Assembly (NCBI GenBank): GCA_951812995.1
Contig: CATOTD010000003.1
Coordinates: 152,825-216,824 of the forward strand
Source of the DNA: an uncultured Gammaproteobacteria bacterium
GTDB lineage: Bacteria; Pseudomonadota; Gammaproteobacteria; Eutrophobiales; Eutrophobiaceae
Direction: 5' to 3'
DNA: 64,000 nucleotides
A program made the translations under genes and the position numbers. A model generated the notes under the pieces. That model was not told the DNA's origin and did no database searches. It saw only the letters and a list, made by a program, of their open reading frames with translations. This document shows positions 42,301 through 53,800 of the stretch, in pieces (the stretch's first letter is position 1; each line of letters begins with the position of its first letter).

Positions 42301-44490
42301 AACATTATCCGCAGCTCCTGTAATCTGGACGGTCGTGGTGATCACATCCGCCGTGGTCGTGGTGTCAACCGCCTTAGTCGCATCGGCGGCAACGGCATCA
42401 TGGGTGAGGATGGCAGGGTTACCCGCGATGGTGGTGGCATCATTCCCCGCGATGTCTTGGATGGTGCCGCCGTTTAAGTTAAGACTGTTCTCGGCAATAC
42501 TGATGCCGCCCGGGGTATCATCACCGGTTTGTACCTGGTATTGGAACACCAACGTCTTGCTGCCCGTGCCGCTTTTATAGTCGGCCTGGACGGTATTGCC
42601 GCCGATGACGATGCCTATCCATGGCGTGCCGGTGACAACAACATCCTCACTAAAAGTCACTGTGATGGTGATGACCTCATTCGCCACAAACGCTGTGCCT
42701 GAGGCTGGATTGCTAATGGTCACCGTGCTGATGGTTGGGGGCGTGTCGTCAACAGTCAGTTCAATATCGGGCTCACCATTACCGTCATCATCGGCTATAC
42801 CTGCTTCCTCCGCACCATCCTCCAGACGCTTGGCAGCATCAGGCGACAAGCCCTCTTCAGTTATTTCATCTACCAAGTCTTCCAGGACTTCGCCCGTTGT
42901 TTTTGACTCGCCTCCTCTTACACCCGATTCTACACCCGAAATGGCCGCCAGTGCCTTGCCGTATTCGTTGGCGGCATCGTCACCCGTCGTTGGCTTGCCG
43001 TCTTTATCCACTGTCAGCTTGACCGGGCTCGATACCAGGTCATCAGCATCGGCTGTGTCATCATCACCCGTGATACCAAAGGACTTGGCTACCGCGGCCT
43101 GTTGCGCGACAACGGCTTCGGGAGTGATGTCCGTGATGCTGGTTGCAGAGGCACCGTTATCACCACCGGCAAGACCAACCTTGCGCGTGGCAAGCTCGGT
43201 TAAAGAATTGATGTTGACCGTCTTGGTTGCACCCGCTGCCGGGGCCTGGGTAATCACCCGCAAGTCGCTGGTCAAGTCTTTATCTGCATTCGTTGCTTCG
43301 TCTCGATAGTCGGCGGCGGCATTCTCGTCTACGACCTTAATCAGGATAAGGCCGTCATAGGCGCGGGTGATGGTGACCGTGTAGGTGCCATCATCATTGA
43401 CCTTGGTCGTGCCGAGTGCTGTGCCATCGGCCGCATACACGGTCACTTCCAGACCATGGCCAGCAATCACTGGACCGGCCGTGACAGTGCCGCTTACGGT
43501 AAAGCCGGGGACGGTCTCGGTCTCGGTGGACGTGACGGTTTTGGTAAAACCCTTAGCATCAGTGTAGGTGACGGCAACCCGTAGCTGCTGGCCTTGGTCA
43601 GTACTAGCGACAGTGTAAGTGGCTTGGTCCGCACCCGTGATAGGGTTCCAGGTGTTGCCATTGGTGGAGCGTTGCCATTGATAGCTAAACTCGCCATCCC
43701 CATTGCCATCGGGGTCGTCGGTGGCCGTGGTAGCTGTGAGTTGTTGACCGACTGCCGGGGTGCCGTCTATCGCAAAGGTCGCATCGCCACTATTCCCGGC
43801 CGCTTTACTGCTGTCGCTACTCCCACCGCCCGAGACGGCGAAACCGACCGCACCCAGTAAGGCCACGGCACCCGCTAATCCCGCACTACGATCGAGGCCG
43901 CCATCACTGCTTGTAGTTGCCGTTTCAGCACTTGTGTCGCTGGCTACTGCTTCGGCGGTCGTCTCGGCCACTGCTTCGGTTGTCGTCTCGGCCGTGGCGG
44001 TTGCTTGGGCGGTCGTCTCGGTCGCGGCGGCTTCTTGGGCCGCTGTTGCTGCTACTATCTCTTGGCCAAGTTGCTGATTCAATATATCTTCAAGCTCGCT
44101 GTTGCCTGTAGCCAATGCCAGCAGTGCTTGCAACGCACCTTGGTCATGGGCCTGGGCATAGATAAAGATACTGCCGTCACTCAAGGCCGTACCCTGGGTG
44201 GCGGGGGTGATGACATACTCGCCATTGTCATCTGCGCTGTCTTGATGATGCGGCAAGGCGACCTGGCAGGATGTCGCATCATCAACACAGACCGTGTAGA
44301 AGTCTTCAAGAATGACGACCGTACCATCGGCGTATTGCAGAACCAAGTCGTCACCTTCACGCATGACCAGGACATTGGCCTTGAGCGTGAGATTGTCTAT
44401 ATCGCTGATACGGTACTGATGACCCGCTTCGGTCTGGATGCGGTTGGTATTACCGTTTATGGGGTTGATGATGACGGGTTTAGTTGGCAC
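298..44490 (-). CDS. Giant T1SS-type repetitive adhesin (14,730 aa): Bap-like N-terminal prefix domain, Ig-like domain array, 8 x [RTX beta-roll / T1SS-C-term-like domain / LVIVD beta-propeller / linker domain] supermodules, C-terminal secretion domain
   Basis: Single uninterrupted 44,193-nt ORF on the minus strand. GTG start at 44490 with GGAGA 7 nt upstream, and the N-terminus is parallel to the paralog ([10 protein letters not shown] vs MSSKPVVINP). The N-terminus has a ...[22 protein letters not shown]... motif typical of Bap/LapA-like prefix domains. There are many GGAGxDTLxGG nonapeptides, and repeats of the [20 protein letters not shown] type matching the LVIVD repeat family. The C-terminus ...DRFVLD...[19 protein letters not shown]...NYFAVI* resembles the VCA0849-type T1SS C-terminal domain. 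Stop is TAG at 298-300. Confidence 0.9.
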   Translation of the reverse strand: MPTKPVIINPINGNTNRIQTEAGHQYRISDIDNLTLKANVLVMREGDDLVLQYADGTVVILEDFYTVCVDDATSCQVALPHHQDSADDNGEYVITPATQGTALSDGSIFIYAQAHDQGALQALLALATGNSELEDILNQQLGQEIVAATAAQEAAATETTAQATATAETTTEAVAETTAEAVASDTSAETATTSSDGGLDRSAGLAGAVALLGAVGFAVSGGGSSDSSKAAGNSGDATFAIDGTPAVGQQLTATTATDDPDGNGDGEFSYQWQRSTNGNTWNPITGADQATYTVASTDQGQQLRVAVTYTDAKGFTKTVTSTETETVPGFTVSGTVTAGPVIAGHGLEVTVYAADGTALGTTKVNDDGTYTVTITRAYDGLILIKVVDENAAADYRDEATNADKDLTSDLRVITQAPAAGATKTVNINSLTELATRKVGLAGGDNGASATSITDITPEAVVAQQAAVAKSFGITGDDDTADADDLVSSPVKLTVDKDGKPTTGDDAANEYGKALAAISGVESGVRGGESKTTGEVLEDLVDEITEEGLSPDAAKRLEDGAEEAGIADDDGNGEPDIELTVDDTPPTISTVTISNPASGTAFVANEVITITVTFSEDVVVTGTPWIGIVIGGNTVQADYKSGTGSKTLVFQYQVQTGDDTPGGISIAENSLNLNGGTIQDIAGNDATTIAGNPAILTHDAVAADATKAVDTTTTADVITTTVQITGAADNVGSNAADVLASPTDLDTGNTTNDTTPTLSGTISVDLATNEVVQVYNNGVLLGTATVDGQNWTYTQTPALGHGATASYRVQVVNTDSNTFGVPATFTLTIDTRAPSAPGLALADDTNIADGITSDPTMTVRNIEDGATWEYSTDSGTNWNPGTGTSFELTNPSYEAGAIQVRQTDAAGNRSRVGTTTLITIDTTAPTITGVPAISSNAGTDNTYKAGDVIKITVTFDEDVIVTGTPTISINMGGNPRQASYESGNGTTELVFQYEVQAGDNDAGGISIVRGNLDLNGGTITDIAGNNATLTHGAVVDSNTHRVDTTPPDNPEITFTDTAADDGITSNPTITITGLEDGATWEYSTDDGSNWDDGTGTTFSLGTDDNTYAQGHIQVRQTDAVGNTSVDVGSNAAPITIDTTAPSVNRDGIAINSPNVGNTFNTGEPIEITLTFNEAVTVVGVPHIFINIGGTNKQADYESGNGTTQLVFSYSPVVGDSDDNGISITTTDIVLNGATIKDTAGNDANLAHTTVGPDLTKQVDAQLPRLVTTATIDAAEDNVDPVQDDLVSGNTTNDTTPTLSGTISAPLDAATNQEVRIYNNGVLLGTATITVAGSQAWTYTPSALADGATPSFRAQVVAVDGDGALTAVGDRSDAFTLTIDTTPPDDPTVALTRDTGTAADDRITSNPSINVANLEVGATWAYSIDGGTFTEVGTVAVGGNGTFSLGNANKTYNANTIRIKQTDTAGNESIYTYDRAITIDTTPPDDPRVALTRDTGTADDDRITNNPSINVANLEVGATWAYSIDGGAFTGGGVVGAGGNGTFSLGNANKTYNANTIRIKQTDTAGNESIYTYDQAITIDTTPPDDPTVALTRDTGTADDDRITNNPSINVANLEVGATWAYSIDGGTFTGGGVVGAGGNGTFSLGNANKTYNANTIRIKQTDTAGNESIYTYDRAITIDTTPPDDPRVALTRDTGTADDDRITNNPSINVANLEVGATWAYSIDGGAFTGGGVVGAGGNGTFSLGNANKTYNANTIRIKQTDTAGNESIYTYDRAITIDTTPPDDPRVALTRDTGTADDDRITNNPSINVANLEVGATWAYSIDGGTFTGGGVVGAGGNGTFSLGNANKTYNANTIRIKQTDTAGNESIYQYDQVITIDTEALPPGIAFTDTGTAGDNRTNDPTVTVTGLEVGATWEYTINGNDGTPVWQDGTGNTFSLGTANTTYVRGDIQVRQTDVAGNVSGVGSSTAPITIDTTPPDNPEITFTDTAADDGITSNPTITVTGLEAGATWEYTINGNDGTPVWQDGTGTTFSLGTANTTYNAGHIQVRQTDAAGNRSVDVGSNAAPITIDTTPPSVTGIAINSPNVGNTFNTGEPIEITLTFNEAVTVVGVPHIFINIGGTNKQADYESGNGTTQLVFSYSPVVGDKDDNGISITTTDIVLNGATIKDTAGNDATLAHTTVAADSNKQVDAQLPRLNTTVTIDAAEDNVDPVQDDLVSGNTTNDTTPTLSGTISTLLEANEVIRIYNGVTLLHTIDAATLGASMAWTYTPSALPDGATPSFTAQVVAVDGDGALTAIGVPSAAFNLTIDTTAPTITGVPAISSDAGGDNTYIAGDFIRITVTFSEDVVVTGTPTIGIVIGGNTVQASYIAGSSTATALVFQYEVQDGDTDADGISINADALSLSGGTIKDAAGNPATLTHGLVADNNAHRVDTTPPTITGVPAISSDAGADDTYIAGDFIRITVTFSEDVVVTGTPSIGIRIGGVTRQASYIAGSSTATALVFQYEVQAGDTDADGISINADALSLSGGSTITDIAGNPATLAHGLVADNNAHRVDTTAPTITGVPAISSDAGDDIYIAGDFIRITVTFSENVVVTGTPTIGIVIGGGAPKLASYHSGTGGRVLTFQYEVQDGDTDAGGISINANALSLSGGSTITDIAGNPATLAHGLVADSNTHQVDTTAPSVNRDGIAINSPNVGNTFNTGEPIEITLTFNEAVTVVGVPHIFINIGGTNKQADYESGNGTTQLVFSYSPVVGDKDDNGISITTTDIVLNGATIKDTAGNDATLAHTTVAADSNKQVDAQLPRLNTTVTIDAAEDNVDPVQDDLVSGNTTNDTTPTLSGTISTLLEANEVIRIYNGVTLLHTIDAATLGASMAWTYTPSALPDGATPSFTAQVVAVDGDGALTAIGVPSAAFNLTIDTTAPTITGVPAISSDAGGDNTYIAGDFIRITVTFSEDVVVTGTPTIGIVIGGNTVQASYIAGSSTATALVFQYEVQDGDTDADGISINADALSLSGGTIKDAAGNPATLTHGLVADNNAHRVDTTPPTITGVPAISSDAGADDTYIAGDFIRITVTFSEDVVVTGTPSIGIRIGGVTRQASYIAGSSTATALVFQYEVQAGDTDADGISINADALSLSGGSTITDIAGNPATLAHGLVADNNAHRVDTTAPTITGVPAISSDAGDDIYIAGDFIRITVTFSENVVVTGTPTIGIVIGGGAPKLASYHSGTGGRVLTFQYEVQDGDNDAGGISINADALSLSGGTIKDAAGNPATLNHGLVADNDQHKVDTTPPSVTGIAINSPNVGNTFNTGEPIEITLTFNEAVTVVGVPHIFINIGGTNKQADYESGNGTTQLVFSYTVVLNDSDNNGISITTTDIVLNGATIKDTAGNDATLAHTTVAADLTKQVDAQLPPLGTTAEITAVTDNVGTVGVVLNPPVVLPLRTNDITNDATPTLSGTISASLEANEVIRIYNGATLLHTIDAATLGASMVWTYTLTSALADGATPSFRAQVVAVDGDGALTAIGVPSAAFNLTIDTTAPTIAGAPTISSDAGTDNTYIAGETIEITVTFNEDVVVTGTPTIGIVIGGNTRQASYIAGSSTATALVFQYEVQDGDTDADGISINADALSLSGGTIKDAAGNPATLAHGLVADNNAHRVDTTAPTVTTMEISSDAGPDNTYIAGDFIRITVTFSEDVVVTGTPSIGIRIGGVTRQASYIAGSSTATALVFQYEVQAGDTDADGISINADALSLSGGSTITDIAGNPATLAHGLVADNDQHKVDTTAPTITGVPTISSDAGDDIYIAGDFIRITVTFSEDVVVTGTPTIGIVIGGNTVQASYHSGTGGRVLTFQYEVQAGDNDADGISINANALSLSGGSTITDIAGNPATLNHGLVADNDQHKVDTTPPSVTGIAINSPNVGNTFNTGEPIEITLTFNEAVTVVGVPHIFINIGGTNEQANYVRSSVDNTQLVFSYTVVLNDSDNNGISITTRNIVLPVGATIKDTAGNDATLAHTTVDPDLTKQVDAQLPPLGTTAEITAVTDNVGTVGVVLNPPVVLPLRTNDITNDATPTLSGTITAALVAGQEVQIYNNGVLLGTAVTVGQAWTYTPSALPEGNAVLTARVVAVDGNDIVTAASVPSDAFNLTIDTTAPTITGTTISSDAGDGIYIAGETIEITVTFSEDVVVTGTPTIEIVIGGNTRQASYIAGSSTATALVFQYEVQDGDTDADGISINADALGLSGGTIKDVAGNPADLIHAAVADNDQHKVDTTAPTITTTTVNAAGPDNTYITGNNIDITVTYNEAVVVDTMGGTPTIEVEVGGNTREASYHSGNGTTTLVFRYTVADDDTDIDGIAVNANIDLSGGTIKDAAGHDAATNSAAIAASNAHHVHSFIGDAEDNPYTATAGHENFNGQGGIDTVHYANSGVGVTVDLSDNTNNAGGHAQGDVLVNIENLIGSRYADTLTGDANANRLEGGAGDDTLTGGAGNDTLDGGAGADTIDGGAGIDTVSYTAAVAAGAAYIVAADAAHGLATEVTGVTGVYVNLNKGRGAQVGSDAEGDVLTSIENLIGSAHNDVLVGDGNDNIFEGGAGDDTLIGGMGNDAFSFTPGHGADTIVDFTTGTDKIYLFRIAGFTDLDAVKRATRDVNGNAVITTPTGTITLTGVLKDDLDEDDFIYAIPPTLALQTPYSILDTAGLTAGIRLGANTQAGDNVNQPVPTAAAVYVDGRADASDPVQRFELGTAGGFTGPLAVTTVVINGKTYLLVTESGGNSVQLIDVSDPAAAKQIASLTDTPALELSSPQSITTVVIGGVTYVLIAALGDNGVQILEIRPDADPANPPTIVAIATASDGQPDSNPTAGDRVNYSELEGAQSITTVVIGGKTYALVAANTDNGVQIIDISTPRAPLAVAAITDSTALANTPYTELEGVQAITTVVIKGKTYALIAAFDDSGVQIIDISTPETPSAVAAITDGVGGFTALGAARDITTVVIKGKTYALVASSGDNGVQIIDISTPETPTPVAAIRDGVDGYTELNGPRVITTTVIAGRTYALVASLDDHGVQVIDITDPAAPTAVAALRDDAGGYTALGGAAGITTVVIGGKLYAFVASLGDAGIQVIELPISATIRAITITTTGLDADGDEQLAYGTGAGQVLVIGAANTSASNLSIGGVAGIDIAWDRAAKTITLTKHGGGNLTTIEVEAILAALRYQNANAATANNGERTFSIVLTDADGLTTTTPAVHSVNVNRGAQVGDGAPNLFFATAAADFIDGKGGTDTVSYATADDGNGVTVDLSDHTNNANGFAAGDVLSNIENLIGTANDDSLTGDVNANLFSGGDGDDTLDGGDGADTLDGGAGDDTIDGGAGDDFLVGGAGRDTLRGGTGIDTVSYAASAAGVTVDLSDNSNNAGGNAEGDILTGIENIDGSGHDDVLTGDGNANVIKGGLGADTLSGGGGGDDTLTGGGGADTFIIKPGHGDITITDFNPAEDTLDLSALIGANNLAAVQGATADAGANTVITTAYGDITLIGVQEAQLSDDNLSYFDSSPILDLKPADSTMLGLATRTNNLSLNAGLALVDVSTGARVNDHQSIAPAATFAIQDGVNDGNGVAFEMGTIGLGPLAVTTVEIGGSTYLLVTIETNSVQIINVDNPAAPTQVGSIANTNALELNNPQAITTVKIGDSTYALVAASNDNGVQILDISDPVTNPNPIAVAAIGDGTNDSAGNTFSALGRATAITTVTIGNAIYALVAASGDNGVQIIDISTPTDPKAVAAITDTADTALLGARGISTVTIGKATYALVASFLDNAVQIIDISTPAAPKPVAAIRDNADGFTALWGAWAITTVVIDGKTYALVAASGDNGVQIIDISTPATPKPVAALFDDGVVAGGPYTELSGARAISTTVIAGRTYALVAASGDDGVQVIDITDPEHPSAVAALSDGAGGYTQLLNANDITTAVVGGKTYAFVAGYGDIGVQVIELSPPATITTITITTTGLDTTNEQLVYGSDAMGNALTLAIGGAADVAANDVTIAGITGIDIAWDTSENTITITKNGGGNLTTIEVEVILNALRYRNTAGATDGERTFSIVLTDDEGLESTAAVRIVNVDQRAAVVVVGGPEANDYSATASIDNIDGGDGVDTVSYAGSNDGVNVDLSDNANNANGFAIGDVLNNIENLVGSAHHDILTGDDQANRLEGGAGVDILSGGAGDDTLIGGAGIDTLVGGAGDDTLEGGAGADRIDGGDGTDTASYAGAAAVAAYTVAADADNGLASRVTGVTGVYVNLHKVGAQTTDATNTAATDAQGDVLSNIENLIGSDYNDVLVGDAEVNRLYGGAGIDVLYGGAGNDVLDGGAGNDQLSGDAGADTLTGGDGHDSLYGEDGNDVLDGGAGIDALNGGTGNDVLDGGDGADTLNGGTGDDTLIGGVGNDTLNGEGDNDTLIGGAGADGLRGGGGTDTASYAAAGAVAPYDVAADAGNGLAAQVTGVTGVYVNLNKNGGQVGSEAAGDRLASIENLIGSAHNDVLVGDVNANRLDGGAGDDYLSGGGGADTLTGGAGDDTLDGGDDDDTLDGGVGDDTLDGGAGADTMDGGDGMDTASYAAAGAVASYDVAADVAHGLVTRVTGVTGVYVNLNKAGAQVGSDAAGDTLTHIENLVGSAQGDVLVGDAKANTLTGGAGADTFVFTPDHGADTIADFVSGTDKIDLSAIAGFSNFQAVLDATADDGSGNTVITTRAGNTITLTGVLEAGLAEGDFIYSAPPALALQRTYSLANDAALGAGVVLGANTTADDNVVFQAPPVARGRITDNGVNTRLIEPESITTVEIGGIPYALVAAYNNDDGGVQILNISNPARPTATAAITDGGRDANNNQYTELLGPYSITTVVINDPDTGVPHTYALVAAFDDNGVQIIDISTPARPTATAAITYGQDGYTALDGVRAITTVKIGANTYALVAAEYDNGVQIIDISTPSAPTPVAAITDSARYPELLGPYSITTVVIDDPNTGVSHTYALVAAHDDNGVQIIDITTPAAPSPVAAITDSTPEANTPYTELQGAIAITTAVIDGKTYALVAAYNDDGVQIIDISNPAMPTATAAITDSTVATPTGYTALDGAIGITTVKIGDATYALVAAITDDGVQIIDISDPENPRPAGTITNTDPNTLLDGAEDITTAVIDGKVYALVSAYLDSSVQVIELPISATITTITITATGLDATNERLVYGTGQVLAIGGDDNSVSGVTIAGITGLNIVWDNTANTITLTKNGGGNLTTIEVEAILAALRYDNDDPGTATDRVREFSIVLTDKDGLDSTPTVHRVNFNSGAIIGDDNDNDYDATATADIIDGQGGTDTMNYAVATDGNGVTVDLSDNTKNANGWAAGDILLNIENLIGTAHADVLTGDGNDNRLEGGAGIDSLNGGAGDDTLIGGAHTDFLNGGDGIDTASYAAAAVARVPYTVTAADSGLAADVRITGVYVNLNTVGGQTTGGTITDARGDVLSNIENVIGSAHNDVLIGDGNDNRLDGGAGDDTLSGNAGADTLIGGLGDDTLIGGDGDDTLNGGAGDDNLIGGAGDDTLDGGAGDDNLIGGADDDTLIGGAGDDTLGGGDGDDTIDGGAGTDIASYAASAAGVTVDLSDNNNNAGGDAEGDTLTNIENLIGSGHNDVLIGNAGVNRLDGGAGNDHLSGGAGADTLDGGANNDTLEGGAGNDTLTGGAGNDTFVFKPGHGTDTITDFTIGNNKIDLSAIAGFTNLKAVQDATLDDGNGNTVITTRLGHTITLTGVEENDLTEDDFIYAIPPTLALKTSYSILNEAALTTGVVLGANTRAGDDAALQTPTATAAYANGVNDADDSAQFSLVGPTALSTVDIGGKTYLLATVRVSNSVQLIDVSDPAAAEQIGSIANTDMLELSSPEAITTVVIGGVTYALVAALGDDGVQILELRTDPLNPDNPPTIQTIATAREDQPDNHPDATTNYTELLGARGITTVVIKGKTYALVAAFNDDGVQIIDITTPAAPIATAAITDSTAGALTDYTELDGAIGITTVVIKGQTYALVAASADDGVQIIDITTPETPSHVAAITDDADGFTALRGAWDITTVVIDGKTYALVAASEDHGVQIIDITTPETPTAVGALFDSSVAGQAASPYTALRTAYAISTTVIAGRTYALVTGFGDNAVQVIDITDPENPTAVVALRDGADSYTELAGVFNITMAEIAGKTYAFVAGYSDVGIQVIELPIPATIRAITITATGLDPTDEQLAYGTGAVLAIGGAANADAINATIAGITGLTLAWRQTDAATGAGTITVTKPGGNLTTIEVEAILAALRYQNANAATVTDRVREFSVELTDQGGITSTATVHRVNVNRGAQVGDDAEQSFAATANADLIDGKDGADTVSYAGATDGNGVTVDLSDNSKNMGGWAAGDVLSNIENLIGTDHADTLTGDAYANQLEGGTGNDVLIGGAGADTLDGGADTDTASYANAAAAGIAYTVLAADSGLAADVAITGVYVNLNKVGTAQTTDATNTVITDARGDKLSRIENVIGSIHDDVLIGDAEVNRLYGGDGNDLLNGGAGGDTIDGGDGIDTVSYAGAPIDNASGVTVSLGNTGVGSSWAEGDVLRNIENIIGSAFDDTLTGDGGNNRLEGGAGIDNLTGDRGNDTLIGGAGIDVLIGGTGDDMLIGGAGADTLEGGDGIDTASYAGAAAVAPYVVAADAPNGLAAEVTGVTGVYVNLRKSGAQVGSEATGDTLTSIENLIGSAYIDVLVGDGNANVLEGGAGADRLYGGADTDTASYAAAVAVAQYIVAADARNGLAAEVTGVTGVYVNLRKAGAQIGSEAAGDILSSIENLIGSAHDDVLVGNADDNVLEGGAGDDTLTGGAGADMLNGGDGTDTASYAAAAAAGVAYIVAADADNGLAARVTGVTGVYVNLRKGGAQVGSEATGDVLSSIENLIGSAHNDVLVGNDDANRLDGGDGNDILMGGAGADMLDGGAGTDDTASYAVAVAVAGGYDVAMDVDNGLAAAVTGVTGVYVNLNKAGAQTTDATNTVITDARGDVLSNIERLIGSAHNDVLVGNGDDNVLEGGAGDDTLSGGAGVDILDGGVGNDILNGGDGNDAMRGDQGNDQLTGGAGDDILNGGAGDDTLTGGADDDTFVFAPGHGNDTITDFNTGNNKIDLSTIAGFTDLEAVRRKTQDVNGSAEITTSAGNTITLTGFLKRDLTDDHFIYVIPPTLALQTTNSLANAAALGAGAGIRLGLNARAGDNAALQTPTAAAAYADGANDHDASARFELGVRSGPTALSTVAIGDKTYLLVTVRGGSSVQLIDVSDPAAAEQIASIADADDAAALRLSSPEAITTVKIGGVTYALVAALADDGVQILEIRPDPDPANPPTIQTIATARDGLRDSNPVDADRVDYTELDGARGITTVVIKGKTYALVAASVGDGVQIIDITTPSAPIAVAAITDSTAGALTDYTELDGARGITTVVINHPDTGVPHTYALIAASADDGVQIIDITTPAAPSHVAAITDSTVGANTPYTALDGAWDITTVVIKGQTYALVAAWEDSGVQIIDISDPTAPTPVAALFDNVVQADSPYTALRDAFAITTTVIAGRTYALVTGSSDNAVQVIDITDPTAPTPVVALVDGADSYTELAGVFNITTAVIGGKTYAFVAGANDLGVQVIELPIPATISTITITTTGLEADGDEQLAYGAGAGQVLAIGGADASANDVTIAGITGLNLVWDNTAKTITVTKTNNSNLTTIEVEAILAALRYQNANAATATDGDRLFSIVLTNADGITSTPTVHRVNVNTNAQVGNDADQSFAATAGADVIDGQGGTDTMSYAGATDGNGVTVDLSDNTKNMGGWAAGDILSNIENLTGSPNADTLTGDANDNRLNGGAGDDTLEGGGGADTLDGGAGTDDTASYAGAARVAAGYTVAMDVPNGLAAEVMGVTGVYVNLRKADAQTTDAANTVTDAYGDTLINIENIVGSGHDDLLIGDADANQLDGGAGDDTLIGGAGDDTLDGGAGDDTLIGGAGGDTLDGGAGTDDTASYAASAAGVTVSLSDNNNNADGDAAGDTLTNIENLIGSAHGDLLVGDGNDNRLEGGTGNDTLIGGAGDDTLDGGAGADTLTGSTGDDTLIGGAGGDTLDGGAGTDTASYAASAAGVTVDLSDNTNNAGGDAAGDTLSNIENLIGTDHADTLTGDANANRLDGGAGADTLNGGGGDDTLTGGDGDDTISGGADDDTLIGGAGADTLDGGADTDTASYASAAAVAAYVVAADAPNGLAAQVTGVTGVYVNLNKADAQTLGNTDATGDTLTNIENLIGSAHNDVLVGDGDANRLDGGAGNDHLSGGAGADTLDGGDGTDTASYAAAAAAGVAYIVAADAPNGLAAKVTGVTGVYVNLNKGDAQTTDADGTMTDALGDVLTHIENLIGSAHNDVLVGNDDANRLDGGAGNDQLSGGADADTLNGGLGDDTLIGGAGADTLNGGAGTDTASYAAAAAVMGYDVAMDRPNGLTVAVTGVTGVYVNLYKGNSAQVGNEAAGDTLTSIENLIGSAHNDVLVGESGANTLEGGAGDDTLTGGAGNDTFVFKPGHGTDTITDFNTGNNKIDLSAIAGFTNLKAVQDATLDDGSGNTVITTSLGHTITLTGVEENDLTEDDFIYAIPPTLALKTSYSILNEAALTTGVVLGANTRAGDDAALQTPTATAAYANGVNDADDSAQFSLVGPTALSTVDIGGKTYLLATVRVSNSVQLIDVSDPAAAEQIGSIANTDMLELSSPEAITTVVIGGVTYALVAALGDDGVQILELRTDPLNPDNPPTIQTIATAREDQPDNHPDATTNYTELLGARGITTVVIKGKTYALVAAQNDDGVQIIDISTPATPTAVAAITDSTAGALTDYTELDGAIGITTVVIKGQTYALVAASADDGVQIIDITTPETPSHVAAITDDADGFTALRGAWDITTVVIDGKTYALVAASEDHGVQIIDITTPETPTAVGALFDSSVAGQAASPYTALRTAYAISTTVIAGRTYALVTGFGDNAVQVIDITDPENPTAVVALRDGADSYTELAGVFNITMAEIAGKTYAFVAGYSDVGIQVIELPIPATIRAITITATGLDPTDEQLAYGTGAVLAIGGVNTRANNVTIAGITGLNIVWDSTANTITISKHGGGNLTTIEVEAILAALRYQNADAPNATDRVREFSIELTDQGGIDSTPTVHRVNVNSGAQVGDDAEQSFAATAAADLIDGKGGADTVSYAGATDGNGVTVDLSDNTKNMGGWAAGDILLNIENLIGTDQADTLTGDVNANRLEGGAGADRLDGGDGIDTASYAGAVAVAAYIVEADAAHGLATRVAGVTGVYVNLNKVGAQTTNVGNTVTTDARGDILLNIENLIGSAHNDVLVGAGNANRLTGGTGDDIFVFAPGHGADTITDFTNGNNKIDVSAIAGFTNLIAVQGATLDDGNGNTVITTSAGNTITLIGVMEAALTDDHFIYAIPPTLALKTAYSILNDAALGAGVALGAKARAGDDVALQTLVARGNITDNVLTSPESITTVVIGGIPYALVAFYDDSVVQILNISDPDMPTVVTTITDGEGGYTRLFSPYAITTVKIGASTYALVIDNDSDGVQIIDISDPIDPQPTAAITDDTGGYTALGGARAITTVKIGDATYALVAAYADDGVQIIDISNPDMPTPTAALVDGEGGYTALLGAIDITTVVIKGKTYALVAANGDIFVEGTAGVQIIDISDPHKPKPTAAITDDDKTALLGAIDITTVVIKGKTYALVAANDDDGVQIIDISDPHNPTPTAAIYDKQNGFVLGSVYSITTMVIAGKTYALATAYVDDGVQIIDISDPENPTAVAAITNAAANTLLDGAEDITTTVIDGRAYALVSAYDDSSVQVIELPLTETISTITITATGLDNSNEQLVYGSNAVGVDLALAIGGDDASLSDVTIAGITGLNIVWDNTEDTITVTKTDNSNLTTIEVEAILAALRYDNTASDTATDRVREFSIVLTDLDGNVSTATVHSVNFNSGAIIGDDAGLSYAATANADLIDGRGGVDTMSYAGVTDGNGVTVDLSDNSKNANGWAAGDVLLNIENLIGTAQADTLTGDANVNRLEGGAGADILDGGDGDDVLIGGAGGDTLDGGDGDDTVSYASAVAVASYIVAADLPNGLAGEVTGVTGVYVNLNKVGTAQTLGNTDATDDTLSNIENLIGSAQADVLIGNAEVNRLDGGDGNDHLSGGAGADRLDGGDGTDTASYAAAVAVTRYTVAAYPAYGLATAVVGVTGVYVNLNEVGAQVGSEAAGDVLFNIENLIGSAHIDVLIGNNDGNRLDGGAGNDHLSGGAGDDTLSGGAGDDTLSGGAGDDTLTGGADDDTFVFAAGHSNDTITDFNTGNNKIDLSAIPGFANLIAVQGATLDDGNGNTVITTPTGTITLIGVVEAALTDDHFIYTIPPTLALKTAYSIVNDAALGAGVVLGAKATAGDEVALSAPVARGNIDDFDPNTKLDSPESITTVVIGGIPYALITSSEYNGVQILNISDPNNPSPTAAVTDDDGSYRLLTPYAITTVVINDRDTGVPHTYALIAADNSNGVRILNISDPAMPKPTAVVTDSMVGVVGANTPYTALGGARGITTVKIGDATYVLVAAYDDDGVQIIDISNPATPTPTAAISDDTGGYTELDGANAITTVVVGGKTYALVAAYDDDGVQIIDISDPDDPKPTAAITDDGDKTALDGAIAITTVVIAGKTYALVAAENDDGVQIIDISDPHNPMPTAAIVDHNQDANSPFTVLNGASGITTVVVAGKTYALVAAENDDGVQIIDISDPQNPTPAGTITDDGDNTALYGAKDITTTVIDGRAYALVSAYGDDGVQVIELPLTATISTITITATGLDPTDEQLVYGSNAMGADLALAIGAAANADASNVTIAGITGLTLAWRQTDAATGAGTITVTKTGGNLTTIEVESILAALRYDNTNAPNATDRVREFSIVLTDADGLDSTATVHRVNFNSGATIGDDADNSYDATAGADLIDGKGGLDTVSYAGASAGVTVNLSDNTQNANGWAAGDILLNIENIDGSTHADTLTGDANANRLEGGAGADTLNGGDGTDTASYAAAAATGMAYIVAAADSGLAIDINITGVYVNLNKVGPQTTDATNTVVTDARGDILRNIENVIGSAQADVLIGNNDANVLEGGAGNDHLSGGAGADTLNGGAGTDTASYANVAAVAGGYNVAMDAANGLTATVTGVTGVYVNLTKVGPQTTDADNTVTDALGDRLSSIENLIGSAHIDVLVGNNDANVLEGGAGNDRLYGGDGNDLLNGGAGGDTIDGGDGIDTVSYAGAPIDNASGVAVNLSQFRQVNGTSWSVGDTLSNIENIIGSAFDDTLTGDGGNNRLEGGAGNDSLTGNAGNDTLIGGAGNDVLIGGTGADTLNGGDGNDLLNGGAGGDTIDGGDGIDTVSYVGAPIDNTDGVFVNLSQSRQVNGISWSVGDVLRNIENIIGSAFNDTLTGDGGNNRLEGGAGIDVLIGGTGDDMLIGGAGADILEGGDGIDTASYAGVAAVANYDVAADARNGLATRVTGVTGVYVNLNIVGAPQTGGNTDATGDRLTSIENLIGSAHNDVLVGDGDANVLEGGAGNDRLYGGDGNDLLNGGAGGDTIDGGDGIDTVSYAGAPIDNASGVAVSLGNTGVGGSWAEGDVLRNIENIIGSAFDDTLTGDGGNNRLEGGAGIDNLTGDRGNDTLIGGAGIDVLIGGTGDDMLIGGAGADTLEGGDGTDTASYAAAAATGMAYIVAADATNGLAAQVTGVTGVYVNLNKSGAQVGSEATGDRLTSIENLIGSAYIDVLIGDGNANVLEGGAGNDHLSGGGDADTLIGGAGTDTASYAGAAAVAPYIVAADARNGLAAQVTGVTGVYVNLNKVGTAQTTNATNTVVTDARGDALSSIENVIGSAHIDVLVGNNDANVLEGGAGADRLYGGAGLDTASYANAAAAGMAYIVAADARNGLAAEVTGVTGVYVNLNKVGTAQTTNATNTVVTDARGDVLSSIENVIGSAYIDVLVGNNDANVLEGGAGADRLYGGAGLDTASYANAAATGMAYIVAADAPNGLAAQVTGVTGVYVNLNKAGAQVGSEAAGDTLTSIENLIGSAYIDVLVGDGNANVLEGGAGADRLYGGAGLDTASYAAAAATGMAYIVAADAPNGLAAEVTGVTGVYVNLNKAGAQTTDADNTVTDALGDRLTSIENLIGSAYIDVLVGDGNANVLEGGAGNDRLYGGDGNDLLNGGAGADTIDGGDGIDTVSYVGAPIDNASGVEVNLAIFSGRGSWAEGDVLRNIENIIGSAFGDTLTGDANANRIEGGAGTDSIEGDPGNDTLIGGAGRDGLFGGTGDDMLIGGAGADLLEGGDGIDTASYAGAVAVANYDVAADARNGLAAEVTGVTGVYVNLNIVGAPQTGGNTDATGDRLTSIENLIGSAYIDVLVGDGDVNVLEGGAGNDRLYGGDGNDLLNGGAGGDTIDGGDGIDTVSYAGAPIDNASGVTVSLGNTGVGSSWAEGDVLRNIENIIGSAFDDTLTGDGGNNRLEGGAGIDNLTGDRGNDTLIGGAGIDVLIGGTGDDMLIGGAGADTLEGGDGNDTLIGGTGDTGGVLLDTLTGGAGADRFVLDTNALAADTDIITDFNTGQNDRIQIDTVTDLENTLAALGLAVVDNPDNGDHANITNTAGTVVYMTLNNVDHQDIIDNFANYFAVI
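300..31300 (-). repeat. Eight tandem coding supermodules (2.4-4.3 kb each): RTX nonapeptide block(s) + FxF(T/A)PGHGxDTIxDF..KIDLS domain + 7-8-blade LVIVD-type propeller + [14 protein letters not shown] linker domain
   Basis: The [14 protein letters not shown]-containing domain recurs 8 times in the translated protein, at about nt 5630, 8570, 10990, 15240, 19570, 22690, 26300 and 28880. Large near-identical DNA blocks recur, e.g. identical antisense ORFs at 11118..11339 and 19719..19940 (offset 8601 bp). Confidence 0.7.
301..585 (-). other. C-terminal T1SS-type secretion/targeting domain of the 14,730-aa protein (last ~95 aa)
   Basis: [38 protein letters not shown]...[10 protein letters not shown] at the extreme C-terminus. 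The same sequence, ending DYFSVI, closes the paralog (44840..45125). The pattern matches RTX/VCA0849-type uncleaved C-terminal secretion signals. Confidence 0.5.
34752..36420 (-). repeat. Copy A of a perfectly identical ~1.67-kb direct repeat (tandem period 1833 bp, equal to 611 codons)
   Basis: Antisense ORFs 34762..35079, 34928..35185, 35339..35554, 35500..35775, 35708..36238 and 36171..36377 are each letter-for-letter identical to ORFs shifted by exactly +1833 nt. The sequence diverges upstream of about 34750 and downstream of about 36420. Confidence 0.8.
36585..38253 (-). repeat. Copy B of the perfectly identical ~1.67-kb direct repeat
   Basis: Same as copy A, shifted by +1833 nt. A more diverged third copy lies at about 32.6-34.4 kb. 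Confidence 0.8.
38870..40370 (-). repeat. Five tandem 300-bp (100-codon) near-identical coding repeats (Ig-like domain units)
   Basis: Identical 60-aa antisense ORFs at 38919, 39219, 39519 and 39819. The sequence block gatggactcattaccggccgtgtcggtttgttttatgcggatag recurs at 38888, 39188, 39488, 39788 and 40088. Confidence 0.8.
44161..44490 (-). other. N-terminal Bap/LapA-like prefix (retention-type) domain, ~110 aa, conserved between both giant proteins
   Basis: [14 protein letters not shown]...[39 protein letters not shown]... is about 75% identical to residues 1-110 of the paralog (coded at 55040..55372). The DDLVL...DG..V.I.DF(Y/F) pattern is characteristic of prefix domains of T1SS giant adhesins, as far as I recall. 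Confidence 0.45.
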
Positions 44491-44660
44491 GGGTGTTCTC
44501 CATGATGCTTGATTATTAAATAAGTTTAATGGCTAACATGTTTGGTAACTTAACTGCCCTTAATGATGCTACAGCTATCGCTTGTCTGTCAATAGACAAT
44601 CTTTGTGATTAGACAACAATACTGAGGCGGGCGGTCGCCCACTGATGACACGGCTTCAAG
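44491..44660 (-). promoter_or_regulatory. Conserved leader/promoter block upstream of giant gene 1
   Basis: About 85% identical to 55373..55545 upstream of gene 2 (gtttaat.gctaacatgtttggt ... gcccttaatgatgctacagctat.gcttg.ctgtcaa.agacaa.ctttg..att..acaacaatactgaggcgggc.gtcgcc). On the coding strand it contains a TTGACA hexamer. GGAGA RBS before the GTG. Confidence 0.4.
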
Positions 44661-44706
44661 CAAGGTCTGTAGGCAAACTTTATATCCTTGCTACCTTGCT
44701 ACCTTG

Positions 44707-44840
44707 CTATCTGCCAGCCGCCGACAAGGAAGTCAGCCTCGGTCGCGCCTTTGAGGCGGTCATCATCGCCAGCGTTTTTGGGCTTGGCCAAGCCGACCGA
44801 CCCCTATATTAAAAAATAGGCCGCACATCAACCGCCTTAA
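44707..44840 (-). repeat. Conserved 3' flank of giant gene 2 (copy of 166..300)
   Basis: See the 166..300 feature. It is preceded by a ccttgcta x3 direct repeat at about 44688..44712. Confidence 0.7.
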
Positions 44841-47800
44841 ATCACCGAAAAATAATCGGTGAAAGTGGCATCGCTTATCAGCGTATGATCGATGTTTTGG
44901 ATAGTCATGTAGACCAAGGTGTGATCGTCTGCGCTGACGATATTGGCATGGTCACCGTTATCTGCCACCGCCAGATTCAGGGCGGCCAAGGTGTTCTCAA
45001 GGCCAGTCACGGTATCTATTTGAATGCGGTCGTTCTGGCCCGTGTTAAAGTCGGTGATGATGTCGGTATCTGCGGCCAGCGCATTGGTATCCAGTACAAA
45101 CCTATCCGCACCCGCACCGCCGGTTAAGGTGTCGATGCCCGCACCGCCTTCGAGGCGGTTGGCATTCGCATCGCCGGTTAAGGTGTCGGCTTGGGCGGAG
45201 CCGATGAGGTTTTCGATGTTGAGCAAGACATCGTCCGCCGCCCAGCCCTTGGCGTTCTGCGTATTGTCGGACAAGTCTACCGTGACACCAGCATCAGACT
45301 GGTCATAGCTCACGGTATCTACACCGCCCTTACCATCGATAAGGTCGGCGTTAGCGGTGGCGGCGTAGCTAAGACCAGCATCATCGCCAATAGTCGCGCC
45401 GCTATTGAAGTTCACGCTGTGTACCACTGCGGTGGAGGGGTTACCGTCAAGGTCGGTGAGCACGATCGAAAATTCGCGCACGCGGTCGGTGGCATCCGCC
45501 ACATTGGTATTGTCATAGCGCAAGGCGGCGAGGATGGCTTCAACCTCTATGGTCGTGAGTTCGCTGTTGTCGGTCTTGGTTACGGTAATGGTGTCGTCGG
45601 CATCCACCCAGGCAATATCGATGCCGGTGATACCGGCAATCGTGACATCGCTCAAGCTGGCATCGTTACCGCCGATGGCGAGGGTCAGGTCCACGCCCAT
45701 GGCATTGCTACCATAGACCAGTTGTTCGTTGCTGTTATCCAGTCCCGTTGCGGTAATGGTGATGGTGCTAATCGTAGGAAATAGCGGCAGTTCAATGACC
45801 TGTACGCTGTCATCATTATAGGCACTGACCAGGGCGTAGGCACGGCCGTCGATGACCGTGGTGGTGATGTCCTCTGCACCATCCAATAAGGTGTTGGCAT
45901 CCGCATTAGTAATCGTGCCTGCGGGCGTGGGCTTTTTCGGATCGGAGATGTCGATGATCTGTACCCCGTCATCAACGTAGGCGGCGACCAGGGCGTAGGT
46001 CTTGCCGGCTATCATCACCGTGGTGATGGCACGGGCACCATTCAATGCGGTAAATGGGCTATTCGCGTCCTGGTTATCATCGACAATCGCGGCCGTGGGC
46101 GTGGGCTTGTGCGGGTTGGAGATGTCGATGATCTGTACCCCATCATCCCAATAGGCGGCGACCAGGGCGTAGGTTTTGTCGGCTATCACCACCGTGGTGA
46201 TGGCGATTGCGCCATCCAGGGCAGTGTAGGGTGTATTAGCATCCGCTGTGCTGTCAGTTATCGCGGCAACATGACTAGGGGCCGCAGGCGTTGTGATGTT
46301 GATAATCTGTACCCCGTTATCACCATAGGCAGCAACCAGCGCGTAGGTCTTGCCACCCACCACCACCGTGGTGATGGCGGTTGCGCCATTCAGTGTGGTG
46401 TAGGGGCTATCGGCATCTTTATTGTTGTCGACAATGGCCGCCGTGGCCGTGGGCATGGCGGGGTCGGAGATGTCGATAATCTGTACCCCGTCATCCCAAT
46501 AGGCGGCGACCAGGGCGTAGGTCGCATCGCCAATATTCACCGTGGTGATGCCCTGGGCACCATCCAGGGCGGTGAATGTAGCCCCATCGGTGATGGCGAC
46601 CGTGGGCTTGGGCTTGTTCGGGTTGCTAATGTCGATAATCTGTACCCCGTCATCGCCATCGGCGGCGACTAGCGCGTAGGTGCTAACACCGATCTTCACC
46701 GTGGTGATTGCATATGGGCTAACCAGTGCGACTGCGGTCTCGTCATCATCATCATCGCTAATCGAGGCCGTGGGTGTGGGCATGGCTGGTTTGGAGATGT
46801 TGAGTATCTGTACCTCGTCAAAAATCCAGGAAGTGACCAGGGCGTAGGGAATGCCGCCGATGACCACCGTGGTGATGGACTCTGGATTACTCAGCTTGAT
46901 GTCGCCACCATTGTTTTCAATATTACCCCTCGCCACCAGGGCCTGTAAGGCAACATCATCGCCCGCCGTGGCCTTAGCTCCCAAGGCCACACCTGCGGTC
47001 AGTGCCGCATCGTCGAGTATGCTGTAGGTGGTTTTAAGTGCCAGGGACGACGGATCACTGCGTTCAGCGTAGATAAAATGATCGTCCGTCAACGCCCCTT
47101 TCAATATCCCTTCCAGCTTGATGGTGTTGCCTTTGCTGGTGGTAATGACTGTATTGCCATTGCCATCATCAACCGTTGCGTCCTGCACAGCTTTCAGGTT
47201 GGTAAAGCCAGGAATGGCGGAGAGATCTATTTTATTATTACCGGTGGTAAAATCAGTAATGGTGTCCGCGCCGTGACCTGCGGCAAAGACAAAGGTATCA
47301 TCGTCCGCACCGCCCGTTAAGGTGTCATCCCCGGCCCCGCCAGTAAGCGTGTCATCCTCCGCCCCGCTGATAAGCGTGTCATCCCCGGCCCCGCCGTACA
47401 GGGTGTCATTGCCATCGGCGCCGTCGAGCCGATTGACATCCCGATCACCAATAAGCACATCGTTATGCGCCGAACCAATCAGGTTCTCGATGTCGATGAG
47501 CCTATCATCCGTGGCATCCGTGTTGCCAAGGGTCTGTGCCGTGCCTACCTTGTTCAGATTGACATACACGCCAGTCACGCCCGCAACCGCAGTCGCCAGC
47601 CTGTTGACTGCATCCGCCGCCACGATGTACGGCGCAACTTCTGTCGCATTCTCATACGAGGCGGTATCCGTGCCTGCGCCGCCGATAAGTGTGTCATTAC
47701 CCGCGCCACCGATAAACGTGTCATTATCCGCGCCGCCGATAAGCCAGTCATTGCCATCGCCGCCGTTGAGTGTGTCATCGCCCGCATCGCCGAAAAGCAC

Positions 47801-50800
47801 GTCATCGCCATCACCGCCGTTTAAGGTATCGATGCCATCGCCGCCGTAGAGTGTGTCATCGCCCGTGCCGCCGTAGAGTGTGTCATCGCCCGCATCGCCG
47901 TTTAAGGTATCCGCATCGCCGCCGCCCATGAGGTGGTCATCACCCGCGCCGCCGTCCAGCCGATTGACCCCAGCATCGCCAATAAGCACATCGTCATGGA
48001 TTGAGCCGATGAGATTTTCGATACTGGAGAGTGTATCGCCCCGTGCATCGGTCACCACGGTGTTGGTGGCATTGGTCGTCTGTGCATCGGCCTTGGTCAG
48101 ATTGACATACACGCCGGTTATGGCTACATCAGCCGCAAGCCCGCTGTCTGCCGCTAACACGGTGTACGCCATACCGGTCGCTGCCGCCACCGCATACGAG
48201 GCCGTATCTATGTCATCGCCGCCGTCCAATGTGTCACCACCCGCGCCGCCATATAAAGTGTCATTGCCCGCGCCGCCGTTTAAGATATCAACACCCGCAT
48301 CGCCGATAAGCGTGTCATCTCCCCCCTCGCCGTTTAAGGTATCACCGCCGCCGTTGCCAGCTAACTCATTAGCATTCGCATCGCCGGTTAGCGTGTCGGC
48401 ATGGGTTGAGCCATCAATGTTTTCGATGTTGAGCAAAATATCACCCACTGCCCAGCCGCGGGCGTTCTGCGTATTGTCACCCAAGTTTACCGTAACACCC
48501 GCCAATGCCCCGGCATAGCTCACGGTATCGACACCGCCCTTGCCATCGATAATATCGGCGTTGGCGGTGATTTGGACACCTTGAAAGATCTCATCGGTGT
48601 CATCGCCAATGATCGCGCCGCTGTTGAAGTTCACGCGGTGTACCGTGGGGGTGGAGTCTAGCCCGTCCGCATCAGTCAACACGATCGAAAATTCGCGCAC
48701 GCCATTGTTGGCGGTTTTTGGATCGGTATTGTCATAGCGCAAGGTAGCGAGGATGGCCTCGACCTCAATGGTCGTGAGCTCGCTGTTGTCGGTCTTGGTT
48801 ACGGTAATGGTGTTCGCGGTATTATCCCAGACAATGTTAAGGCCGGTGATACCGGCAATCGTCACATCGCGGGCATCGTCATTGGCCGCCCCGCCTATCG
48901 CCAGTACCGTACCCGTACCATAGGCCAGTTGTTCGTTGCCATCGGTATCCAAGCCCGTTGCGGTAATCGTAATCGTGCTTATCGTTGCCGTCAGCGGCAG
49001 TTCGATGACCTGTACGCCGTCATCCCCATAAGCACTAACCAGGGCGTAGGCACGGCCGTCGATGACCGTGGTCGTGATGTCCTCTGCACCATGCAGTGCG
49101 GTATTGTCACCATCATCAGTAATCGCGGTCACCGCGATTGGGTTCTCGGGATCAGATATATCAATGATCTGTACCCCGCCATCATCATCGCTACCATAGG
49201 TGGTGCCCAGGGCGTAGGTCTTACCGGCGATGACTATGGTCGTGATACCGTATACGCCATCCAGTACGAAGCCATTTTGTTCATCGTAAATCGCGGTCGT
49301 GGGCGTGGGATTGTGTGGGTCGCTGATGTCGATAATCTGTACCCCGTCATCATTATTGGCGGTGACCAGCGCGTAGGTCTTGCCAGCGATCTTCACCGTG
49401 GTGATGGCGATTGCACCATCCAGGGCGGTCTTGTCACCATCATCAGTAATCGCGGCCGTGGGCGTGGGATCATCCGGGTCGGAGATGTCGATGATCTGTA
49501 CCCCGTCATCATCATAGGCGGCGACCAGCGCGTAGGTCTTGCCGCCCACCACCACCGTGGTGATGGCGGTGGCACCCAACAGTGCGGTGTAGCCGCCCTC
49601 GCCATCGCTAATCGCAGCCGTGGGCTTGGGCTTGTTCGGGTCGGTGATGTCGATGATCTGTACCCCATCATCATCATAGGCGGCGACCAGCGCGTAGGTC
49701 GCATCGCTGATCTTCACCGTGGTGATGGCGCGCCCGCCACCGAGTGCGGTGTAGGGGCTATCCTCATCCTGGTTGTCATCAGTAATCGCGGCCGTGGGCT
49801 TAGGCATGGCGGGATTGGAGATGTCAATGATCTGTACCCTATCCTCACCCTCGGCGGCGACCAGGGCGTAGGTACGCGGCACACCGGTCGGGTCATCAAT
49901 GACCACCGTGGTGATGGAATATGCGCCCTTAAGTGCGGTGTAGCCGCCTTTGTCATCGGTAATCGTGGCCGTGGGCATGGGATTGTCCGGATCGGAGATG
50001 TTGAGTATCTGTACCCCGTTACTATCATGGGCGGCGACCAGGGCGTAGGGAATGCCGCCGATGACCACCGTGGTGATGGACTCTGGAGACTCCAGCGCGG
50101 TGTCGTCGGTAATATTGCCCCTTGCCACCGGGGCCTGTAAGACGACATCATCGCCCGCCGTGGCCTTAGCTCCCAAGACCACACCCGTGGTCAATGCCGC
50201 ATTGTTGAGTATGCTGTAGGGGGTTTGTAGTGCCAAGGTGGGCGGTATGGGGGCGTAGATAAAATCATCGTCCGTCAACGCCCCTTCCAAGACCCCAGTC
50301 AGCGTGATGGTGTTGCCAAGACGGGTGGTGATGACCGTGTTGCCATTGCCATCATCTTCTGTCACAGCCTGTACTGCGGCAAAGTTAGTTAAACCAACAA
50401 TGGCAGACAGATCGATTATATTGTTACCGTTGGTAAAATCGGCAATGACATCTACACCATGACCTGGGGCAAAGACAAACCTATCCGCACCCGCACCGCC
50501 TTCAAGCACGTCATCGCCCATACCGCCGGTCAAGACATTGGCTTGTTTATCGCCAGTCAGTTCGTCGTTGTGGTCGGAGCCGATGAGGTTCTCAATATTG
50601 GTGAGCACATCGCCTTTAGCCCAGCCATTGGCATTATTGTTATTGTCGGACAAGTCCACGGTAACACCGGCATCAGAATTGGTATAGCTCACAGTATCTG
50701 TGCCACCTTGACCATCGAAGTGTTCATGACCCGCGGTGGCCGTGTAGGTATTAGCCCCCGCATCGCCGATAAAACTGTGGACGCGGTGGGCGTTACTGTC

Positions 50801-53800
50801 TACTACTGCCACATGGGTGAGGATGGCAGGGTTACCCGCAATGTCGGTAATGTTGCCCGTGATGGCATTGGCATCAATGCTGATACCATCGACATCGGTG
50901 TCCTCATCAACCACCGTATAACGAAAGACCAGCGTGGTCGGACTAGATAGCACACCCACATAGCGGATCTGTTTGGGCGTGCCGCCAATATCAATGCTGA
51001 TCGTTGGCGCGCGGCCGATAATGCTGATCGCCTCATTAAAAGTGACCGTGATGATGATGTTGTCGCCAGTAACGTAGCTACCATTTGGGTTGGCATTGGG
51101 GGTAATCGCGATATTGTCTATGGTCGGGCGAGTGGTTTTGATCCTGATCTCACCTTCATTGCGGCCAGTATCGTCATTGCTATTAACAAGAGAGACATTG
51201 CCCGCCACATCGGTTTGGCGTACCTGTATACGGCCTACTGCATAAGTTCCATCGGCAAGGTTAAAGCTGTTGCCCATACCAGGTCTCCAGTTCCCGCCGC
51301 CATCAATCGAGTACTCCCAGGTGGCACCCGCTTCAATACCTGCGACATTGATGGTCGGGTTATTGGTGATGCCGTCATTGATCGTGATGGTGCCAGGGGT
51401 CAGGGCGAAAGCCGGAGCAGTCGGACTGGTGGTGTCGATGGTCAGGATAAAGGGCACACTGGTAGCACTGGCAGCGATGACATTACCGTCTCCATCCACC
51501 GCCACCACTTGGGCGCGAAAACTCGGTGTCGCACCATCGGGCAAGGCGGACGGGGTGTACGTCCAGGCCATGCTGGCACCCAGGGTGGCCGCATCGATCG
51601 TGTGCAACAAGGTAGCACCATTGTATATCCGTATGACTTCATTAGCATTCAAGGCCGCGGTGATGGTGCCGCTTAAGGTCGGGGTGGTGTCGTCCGTTAC
51701 ACCGTTGTTGGCCAAGTCATCTATCTTGCTACCAACATTATCCTCGGCAGCGTCTATGGTGACGGTGGTGTTCAGTCGCGGTAATTGCGCATCGACTTGT
51801 TTAGTGAGGTCGGGGCCAACGGTTGTATGGGCAAGGGTGGCATCATTACCGGCCGTGTCTTTGATCGTGGCACCGACAGGCAATACAATGTTTCTGGTCG
51901 TGATGCTGATGCCATTGTTGTCGCTGTCGCCGACCACGGGGCTGTAGCTAAAAACCAGTTGGGTGGTGCCATTGCCACTTTCATAGTCGGCCTGTTTGTT
52001 CGTGCCGCCAATATTGATGAAGATATGCGGCACACCGACCACTGTGACTGCTTCATTAAAGGTAAGCGTGATTTCAATAGGCTCACCGGTATTAAAGGTA
52101 TTGCCTGCACGCGGTGTGTTGATGGCAATGCCCGTTACCGACGGGGCCGTGGTGTCATAGATGATTTGGGCATCATTGCTACCGACCTCCGATATATTGC
52201 CCGCCACATCGGTCTGGCGGACGCGGATGGCATTGGCGTTATAGGTGCCCTCGGCGGTGCCGAGGTTGAAGCTTGTGCCCGTGCCGTCTTGCCAGCTATC
52301 ATTGTTGATGGAATACTCCCAGGTCGCACCCGCTTCAAGGTCGGTAACCGTGACAGTCCGGTTATTGGTGCGGTTGTCACCTACTGTGCCGGTGTCGGTA
52401 AAGGTGATGCCGGGGGGCAAGGCCTCGGTGTCGATGGTGATTGCCGTGGTCGTGCCCGCGCGTGATACATTACCGGCCGCATCGGTTTGGCGCACCTGAA
52501 TATCATCCGCGTTGTAGGTGATGTTGGTACCTAGTTCAAAGGTGTTGCCCACGCCCTTTTTCCAGTCGGGCGTGCCATCATTGCCATTGATTGTATATTC
52601 CCAGGTCGCACCCGCTTCAAGACCCGTGACCGTGATGGTTGGGTTATTGGTAATGCGGTCGCTGGTATTGGTGCCCGTGTCGATAAAGGTGATGCCGGGG
52701 GGCAAGGCCTCGGTGTCTATGGTGATGGGGTTGGCATTGTTACCCGCGGTGGATTGATTGCCGGCCACATCGGTTTGGCGGACGCGGATGGCATTGGCGC
52801 TATAGGTGCCATCGTCGGTGCCGAGGCTGAAGGTTGTGCCCGTGCCAGCTCGCCAGTCGGGCGTGCCATCATTGCCATTGATTGTATATTCCCAGGTCGC
52901 ACCCGCTTCAAGACCCGTGACCGTGATAGTCGGGTTGTTGCTGATGTTGTCGCTGGTATTGGTGCCCGTATCGATAAAGGTGATACCAGGGGGCAAGGCC
53001 TCGGTGTCGATGGTAATCTTCGTGGTCGTGCCCACGCGTGATCTATTACCCGCCGCATCGGTTTGGCGTACCTGAATATCACCCGCTTCGTAACTGGGGT
53101 TGGTTAGTTCAAAGGTGGTGTCCGTGCCTGGGTTCCAGTTCGTGCCGCTGTCTGTTGAGTACTCCCAAGTCGCACCTGCTTCAATATTCCTCACCGTCAT
53201 AGTCGGATCGGAAGTAATACCATCAGCGATGTTAGTGTCATCGGCCAAGGCCAGACCAGGTGCCGATGGCGCGCGGGTGTCGATGGTCAAGGTAAAGGTG
53301 GCGGGGACACCAAAGGTGTTGGTGTCTGTATTGACTACCTGAATGCGATAGCTGGCAGTCGCACCATGACCCAAGGCCGGGGTTTGTGTGTACGTCCAGT
53401 TCTGACCATCTACGGTCGCCGTGCCGAGTAATACGCCATTGTTGTAAACCTGTACGACTTCATTGGTGGCCAGGGGCGCGCTAATGGTACCGCTTAAGGT
53501 CGGGGTGGTGTCGTTGGTGGTATTGCCCGTGTCTAAATCCGTTGGGGAAGCAAGTACGTCCGCGGCATTGCTACCAACATTATCCGCAGCCCCTGTAATC
53601 TCGACGGTCGTGGTGATCTCATCCGCCGTGGTCGTGGTGTCAACCGCCTTGTCGGTCGCGGCGGCAACGGCATCATGGTCACGGTTGGCATCATTGCCCG
53701 CAGTATCGGTGATCGTACCACCGTTTAAGTTAAGACTGTTCTCGGCAATACTGATGCCATCAGCATCGTTTTCACCGTCTTGCACGGTGTATTGAAAGGT

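Larger units (their letters stand above)
31300..43500 (-). repeat. Array of ~100-aa bacterial Ig-like domains (boundary motifs [13 protein letters not shown] / IDTT(A/P)P) with nested perfect tandem duplications
   Basis: Translated repeats of form [27 protein letters not shown]...ATW.YSIDGG...[13 protein letters not shown] and [17 protein letters not shown]...[27 protein letters not shown] periodicities are 300 bp and 1833 bp. Confidence 0.7.

Noticed and set aside
124-43860. Dozens of plus-strand ORFs (up to 623 aa, e.g. 1646..3517, 5824..7056, 11017..12696, 17555..18766) with SPAPP/PPSS-rich or GDQGVG-rich translations
   Set aside because: They are antisense shadows of the minus-strand giant gene. 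Reverse-complementing GGxGxD and LVIVD codon repeats yields open, low-complexity frames. The minus strand carries one unbroken 44-kb frame with coherent domain architecture, RBS and secretion signal, so the plus-strand ORFs are not credited as genes.
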